Assembly (NCBI GenBank): GCA_052390615.1
Contig: JBQTGT010000060.1
Coordinates: 16,368 to 80,367, forward strand
Length of the DNA: 64,000 bases
Direction of reading: 5' to 3'
Source: Actinomycetota bacterium
GTDB taxonomy: Bacteria > Actinomycetota > Acidimicrobiia > IMCC26256 > PALSA-610
Shown piece by piece: positions 59,257 to 64,000 of the stretch. Each line of letters begins with the position of its first letter. Positions within the stretch are counted from its first letter, which is position 1. Under the pieces are notes generated by a model. It was not told the origin of the DNA. It made no database searches and saw nothing but the letters and a program-made list of their open reading frames with translations. Position numbers and translations under genes: made by a program.

Positions 59257-60729
59257 TTAGAAGTCGATGCCCGAAAGGTCGGGGATCCAGCGGCGCGACC
59301 GGGCCACCGCTTCGTGCCATTGCGCGCGGTCGAGGGTCCCGGTCGGTTCGATGCGCGCGCGAGGTGTCCACGTATCCGAGAGGTCGTCGACACTGTTGTG
59401 GTGGCCGACCGCGATGCCGGCCATCAATGCCGCGCCGAGCGCCGTCGCTTCCCGCACCGGCGAGACCTCGACGGGCCGGTTCGCGGCGTTGGCGAGCGCC
59501 TGCACGAACGTCGGGTTGTCGGTCATGCCGCCATCGACGCGCAGCGTCGGAATCGTCACGTCGGCATCGGCTTCGGCCGCGTCGACGAGGTCGGCGCCGC
59601 GGTGCGCGATTCCTTCGATTACAGCCCGCACGATCTCGGCGCGGCCGGTTCCGCGCGTGAGTCCGAACAGTGCGCCACGCGCGCCGTAGTCCCATGCGGG
59701 CGTGCCGAGGCCGAGCGGTGCGGGCACGAAGACCACGCCGCCGGCGCTCGCACAGCTCGCGGCGAGCTCGTGCGACTCGGCCGACGACGCGATCAACCCG
59801 AGGTCGTCCCGCAGCCACTGCACGTTGGTGCCGGCGGCGAGCATGATCGCCTCGACTCCCCACGTGCACACGCCGTCGTGGCGCCAGGTGACGATCGGAA
59901 ACGTCCCCGCGGGCCCGCGTTCGTCGAACGGCGGCGGACCGTCGTCGAGCGTCAGGTCGAGCATCCCACCGGTCCCGAACGTGATCTTCGCGGCGCCGCG
60001 GTGCACGCAGCCTTGACCGACGAGCGACGCCTGCTGGTCGCCGAGGAGACACGCGATCGGCGGCGAACCCGGCAGCGCGGTAGCGGCGCCGACGATCGCC
60101 GACGAATCGACGATCGGCGGCAGCATCTCGATCGGAATGCCGAGCACGTCGAGGGTGGTCGAGTCCCAACGCGACGGGTCGTTGAGCGCGACGAGTCCGG
60201 TCACGCCGGCGTTGGTGGCGTCGGTCGCGTACACCGAGCCCTGCGACAGTGCCCGTGCCACCCACGTGTCGACGGTGCCGAAGCACAGATCGCGCTCGCG
60301 GTCGGGGTCGAACGTGTTGAGCAGCCAGCTCAGTTTCGTGGCTGATTGGTTCGGCGCCAGCCGCAGTCCCTCGGCGCGCAGCGTCAAGCACGCGCCGATC
60401 GTGCGGAGGTCCTGCCAGCCGAGCCCGGGTCCGATCGGTTCACCGGTTGCCCGGTCCCACACAATTGTCGACGCTCGTTGGTTCGAGATGCCGACCGCAT
60501 CGACCGGGCCGGCCTGCTCCACCGCGGCCTTCGCGACAGTGAGGGACGCGTGTGCCATCGAGCGCGCGTCGAACTGGACCAGCCCGTCCGCAGGCGACTC
60601 CGGCAGCAGCTCACGCGCGACCTCGACCGCGAACGAGCCGTCCGTGCGCACGATCGCGGCCCGCACGCTGCTCGTACCGACGTCCACGACGAGCACACCG
60701 TTGCGAACCTCGGTGGGTATTAGGGCCAC
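59257..60729 (-). CDS. FGGY-family kinase, glycerol kinase-like
   Basis: DVGTSS, ISNQRAS, WQDLRT, FGTVDTW, GDQQASL.GQ, TFGTG, GLGTP.WD, RVDGG. Confidence 0.9.
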   Translation of the reverse strand: MALIPTEVRNGVLVVDVGTSSVRAAIVRTDGSFAVEVARELLPESPADGLVQFDARSMAHASLTVAKAAVEQAGPVDAVGISNQRASTIVWDRATGEPIGPGLGWQDLRTIGACLTLRAEGLRLAPNQSATKLSWLLNTFDPDRERDLCFGTVDTWVARALSQGSVYATDATNAGVTGLVALNDPSRWDSTTLDVLGIPIEMLPPIVDSSAIVGAATALPGSPPIACLLGDQQASLVGQGCVHRGAAKITFGTGGMLDLTLDDGPPPFDERGPAGTFPIVTWRHDGVCTWGVEAIMLAAGTNVQWLRDDLGLIASSAESHELAASCASAGGVVFVPAPLGLGTPAWDYGARGALFGLTRGTGRAEIVRAVIEGIAHRGADLVDAAEADADVTIPTLRVDGGMTDNPTFVQALANAANRPVEVSPVREATALGAALMAGIAVGHHNSVDDLSDTWTPRARIEPTGTLDRAQWHEAVARSRRWIPDLSGIDF

Positions 60730-62219
60730 GGGACCGCGCCGAAGGGGCTGGCGAGGCCGAGCTTGCCGGGGTTCAAGATGCCGTTCGGGTCGAGTGCGTT
60801 CTTGACGGACTCGAGCACCGCGAACGACGGACCGAGCGCGTCGCGCACGAAGCGCGAGCGGTTGAGCCCGACGCCGTGATGGTGGCTGAGCGCGCCGCCC
60901 GCGCCGAGCACCGCGCGTTGACCGGCGTCCCACACGGCACGGTAGAAGGGCTCCCGTTGTTCGGGGGGTGGCTGACCCGCGAACGTGAAATACAGGCATC
61001 CACCGTCGCGGTAGGAGTGGCTCTGGTGCGCGGACGCAACGAGCGTGTGCTCGACCGCGCGCATCGCGTCGGTCGTGCGCGCGTAGATCTCGGGCAGCGC
61101 GCGCCACGTACCCGCCACTTCCATCGTGTCGACGACGTACCCGCGCGAGATCAGCGCCTCGAGGGCGGACACATCGTTGCGGTGCGCGAGCCACTGCTCG
61201 ACCAGCGCGACGTCGATAGGTTCCGCGACCGCGCATTCCTCCGCCACGACGCGCATCGTCGCGTCGACGATATGCGCATCACCCTCGTCGAGCACGAGTA
61301 AGAGGTTCGCATCGCCTGTGTGGTACGAGCGGTCGGCTTCGATGGCGTCGTACAGCCGTAACACGGCCGGGGTTGCGCCGCGTTGGACGATGCGCCGCAT
61401 CGTGTCGAGCGCGTCGGTGAACGTCGTGAACGCGTAGGCCGCGCGTCCCTCCGCCGCCGGACTGGGATGCAGTCGCAAGCGCGCGCCGACGATGATGCCG
61501 AGCGTTCCTTCGGAACCGACGAACACTTGCGTGAGGTCGGGCCCGACCGCCGCGCGCGGCGCGCCACCGGTCGTGATCGTCCGGCCATCGGCGAGCACGA
61601 CGTCGAGCCCGGCGACGATGTCCTCGATCTTGCCGTAGCGCGTCGAGAGCTGCCCTGCGCCGCGGCAGGCGAGCCAGCCACCGACGGTAGCGAGCGCCAT
61701 CGACTGCGGCCAGTGCCCGCACGTGACGTCGTGATCGGCGCGCAGCTGGTCCTCGAACACGTCACCGAACGTGCCCGGCCGGACATCGACGAGCATCGAC
61801 ACGGTGTCGACGTCGACGATCCCCGAGAGCGCAGTGAGGTCGAGGAGCACACCGCCGAAGACCGGCACGCTCGCCCCGCACACGCCGCTGCGCCCGGCGG
61901 CGGGCGTGACCGGGACCCGCGCCTCGTTGCACAGCGCGAGCACTGCCGGGACCTGCTCGGTCGAGCTCGGCCGCACCACGACGCTCGCGCGCGCCGCAAC
62001 CTGATTGTCGAGCGCCCAGATCATCGCGAGCGGCCACCAGTCGCGGCTCGCTTCGCTGATCACCGAAGGCGCGTCGACGACCTCGGCGCCGGTCTCGCCC
62101 AACTGCTTGGCGAGAACATCGTCGACCTCGACGCGCGGCACCGGCAATCGCCCCCCGACCGTGGCGGCGTCGCCCGCGAACGCGATCGGCGGAGTCGGTG
62201 CCCCCCGGTTCGTCTCCAT
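60720..62219 (-). CDS. FAD-linked oxidase, alkyl-DHAP synthase (AgpS/ADPS)-like
   Basis: GH.PQS...TVGGW.A.R.AGQ.ST.YGKIED, GSEGTLG, DT.E, SHSY.DG.CLYF, SHHHGVG, DP.GILNPGKL. Confidence 0.85.
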   Translation of the reverse strand: METNRGAPTPPIAFAGDAATVGGRLPVPRVEVDDVLAKQLGETGAEVVDAPSVISEASRDWWPLAMIWALDNQVAARASVVVRPSSTEQVPAVLALCNEARVPVTPAAGRSGVCGASVPVFGGVLLDLTALSGIVDVDTVSMLVDVRPGTFGDVFEDQLRADHDVTCGHWPQSMALATVGGWLACRGAGQLSTRYGKIEDIVAGLDVVLADGRTITTGGAPRAAVGPDLTQVFVGSEGTLGIIVGARLRLHPSPAAEGRAAYAFTTFTDALDTMRRIVQRGATPAVLRLYDAIEADRSYHTGDANLLLVLDEGDAHIVDATMRVVAEECAVAEPIDVALVEQWLAHRNDVSALEALISRGYVVDTMEVAGTWRALPEIYARTTDAMRAVEHTLVASAHQSHSYRDGGCLYFTFAGQPPPEQREPFYRAVWDAGQRAVLGAGGALSHHHGVGLNRSRFVRDALGPSFAVLESVKNALDPNGILNPGKLGLASPFGAVPWP

Positions 62220-62244
62220 TGTCCCCCCGGACTTCGTGCGCGCG

Positions 62245-63903
62245 CTACGGGCGGGTCATCCGCTCGCCCAGCAATGCGTCCAGTGCGGTCTCGGGCAGTC
62301 CGCCCGCGTCCCGCTCTGCCACCACGAGCGCACGGTAGTGGGCCGCCTGGCGCTCGCGCTCGGCGTCGTCCCAACCCAGCTCGGCGCCGATCAATGCCGC
62401 GACTTCATCAGCCGCCTCGGCCGACGCGTCTCGCGCCACGAGGCGAGCGCGCGTTCGTCGCGACAGGACGTCGTCGACGGTCCTCGCCATCTCGTGGCGG
62501 ACGCCATACACGGCTTCTGCGCACACATACTCGAGACCGGGGACAAGTGGCGCCGCGAGCGTGTCGTCGGCGCGCATCAACGCGGCGACGTCACGCGCGT
62601 CGGCGCCGTAGCGCGCCGCGAGCCGCGGCTCCAGATCCTTGGCATCCCAGCCAGTCGCGCCACGCAGCTTCATGCGCCCGGTGTGACTCCTCGAGCCGCG
62701 CCCGAGGTGTTCGCAGACCTTGTCGACGGCGTCGGCCGCCATACGGCGGTAGGTCGTGAGCTTGCCGCCGGTCACCGTGACGACGCCGCTCTGCGTCACA
62801 CGCACCGAATGTCGACGGGACAAGTCGGCGGTTCGTTCACTGCTCGCGTCCCGCACGAGCGGACGCAGACCCGCCCACGTGCCCAACACGTCGGTCTCCG
62901 TGATCGTCGTGGTTACCGCGGCGTTGATCGCGCGCAGGAGATACGCGATGTCTTCGGGTGTGCATTGTGGGTCGTCGATCGGACCGTCGTAGTCGGTGTC
63001 GGTCGTGCCTATATATGTGAACGTGAACGTCCCGTCGCCGCGGTCGCCCCACGGAACGACGAACACTGAGCGTCGGTCCTTGGGGACGGGAACGACGACG
63101 GCGATCGTGTTCCGCACGAGGTGCCACGGCACGGTGACGTGCACACCCTTTGCGGGTCGGATCGACCCAGGATTCTCGCCTTCGTCCAGCGTGCGGACCT
63201 CGTCGGCCCAGACGCCCGTGGCGTTGATCACCGCGCTGGTGCCGACCTGGATTTCCTCACCGTCGGCGCGCACTCTCGCGCCCGTGACGCGACCCTGGGC
63301 ATTCTTGACGAGACCGATCAACTCGGCGTAGTTGACGACCGCGGCGCCGTGATCGGCCGCGGTCCGTGCAATCGCGAGCGTCAGGCGCGCATCGTCAGCC
63401 TGCGCGTCGTAGTACACGTACGAGGCGGCGACGCGTTCTTCGTGCAGTGTCGGCATGTACGCGAGCGCATCCTCCTTCTTGACCCGCTTGTGCAGCTTGC
63501 CGATCCGCAGGCCGCCGGTGAGGTCGTACATCCACATCGTCATGCCAAGAATGCGGGCGAGCTGGCGGGGCAGCAGTCCGTCCTTCGTGAATACCGGCAA
63601 CAGGAATGGAAGCACGCGCACGAGATGCGGCGCGGTCTGACGCAGTGTCTGGCGTTCGGCGAGCGCTTCGTAGACGAGCCGCACCTCCTTTTGTTGGAGG
63701 TAGCGGATGCCGCCGTGGATGAGCTTCGACGACTTCGATGACGTTCCCGATGCGAAATCGTCGCGTTCGACGAGCGCAGTGCGAAGACCACGACCTGCGG
63801 CGTCGAGCGCGGCGCCCGCGCCGGTGATACCGCCGCCGACGACCAGTACGTCGAAGGACTCGTCGCGCAAACGGGCGAGCGCGGCGTCGCGGTCGAAACT
63901 CAT
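62245..63903 (-). CDS. glpD: FAD-dependent glycerol-3-phosphate dehydrogenase/oxidase
   Basis: VGGGITGAG.ALDAA.RGL, GTSSKSSKLIHGG.RYL, DDARL, GTTD, AGLRPL, GGKLTTYR. Confidence 0.92.
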   Translation of the reverse strand: MSFDRDAALARLRDESFDVLVVGGGITGAGAALDAAGRGLRTALVERDDFASGTSSKSSKLIHGGIRYLQQKEVRLVYEALAERQTLRQTAPHLVRVLPFLLPVFTKDGLLPRQLARILGMTMWMYDLTGGLRIGKLHKRVKKEDALAYMPTLHEERVAASYVYYDAQADDARLTLAIARTAADHGAAVVNYAELIGLVKNAQGRVTGARVRADGEEIQVGTSAVINATGVWADEVRTLDEGENPGSIRPAKGVHVTVPWHLVRNTIAVVVPVPKDRRSVFVVPWGDRGDGTFTFTYIGTTDTDYDGPIDDPQCTPEDIAYLLRAINAAVTTTITETDVLGTWAGLRPLVRDASSERTADLSRRHSVRVTQSGVVTVTGGKLTTYRRMAADAVDKVCEHLGRGSRSHTGRMKLRGATGWDAKDLEPRLAARYGADARDVAALMRADDTLAAPLVPGLEYVCAEAVYGVRHEMARTVDDVLSRRTRARLVARDASAEAADEVAALIGAELGWDDAERERQAAHYRALVVAERDAGGLPETALDALLGERMTRP

Positions 63904-63912
63904 CTCAACATG

Positions 63913-64000
63913 TTACTGGTCGGTAGGGCGCAGCTCGTTGCCCATGGCGACCACGGGGAACGTGTAATCGTGGTGCGGCGACACGTCCTCGAAACCGAGT
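63913..64000 (-). CDS. 3' end of an unidentified CDS (partial; possibly GNAT-like)
   Basis: Reads ...LGFEDVSPHHDYTFPVVAMGNELRPTDQ*; too short to assign. Confidence 0.4.
   Translation of the reverse strand, partial: LGFEDVSPHHDYTFPVVAMGNELRPTDQ

Noticed and set aside
1-64000. tRNA, rRNA, transposase, integrase or prophage genes
   Set aside because: None recognised by eye; intergenic gaps are short and no cloverleaf or DDE/recombinase motifs were seen (tRNAscan/ISEScan not run)

Overview
High-GC actinobacterial chromosome segment. Gene order and protein features suggest class Acidimicrobiia (inference). About 60 CDS can be supported. The housekeeping backbone is rpsK'-rpsD-rpoA-rplQ-truA, rplM-rpsI-glmM-glmS-nnr-CBS-alr-...-tsaE-tsaB-rimI-tsaD, CIRCE-groES, guaB3-guaA, fba, dtd, pcrA, sucCD, purN-purH-folD, mdh, ogt and divergent class I/II fumarases. 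I saw no rRNA, tRNA, CRISPR array or transposase. The most interesting region is 49.9-59.2 kb, two divergent operons. The minus arm encodes a wHTH protein, a CbbX/SpoVK-type AAA+ ATPase with a TerB-like N-terminus, a membrane-anchored solute-binding-like protein, a lipoprotein SBP-vWA fusion, a PspM-like anchor and PspA (ESCRT-III family). The plus arm encodes a stand-alone phospho-His swivel (PEP-utilizer mobile) domain translationally coupled to uncharacterised proteins, and it faces a glpD-agpS-glpK-like cluster. Other oddities: a circularly permuted nucleotide pyrophosphatase/phosphodiesterase, a 1137-aa GlmS, groES without groEL, a Cys-retaining GuaB3 without guaB2, overlapping bidirectional -10 boxes, stop codons that double as -10 boxes for apparently leaderless genes, and MIRU-like mini-ORF spacers. 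All family calls come from motif recognition by eye; no database search was run.
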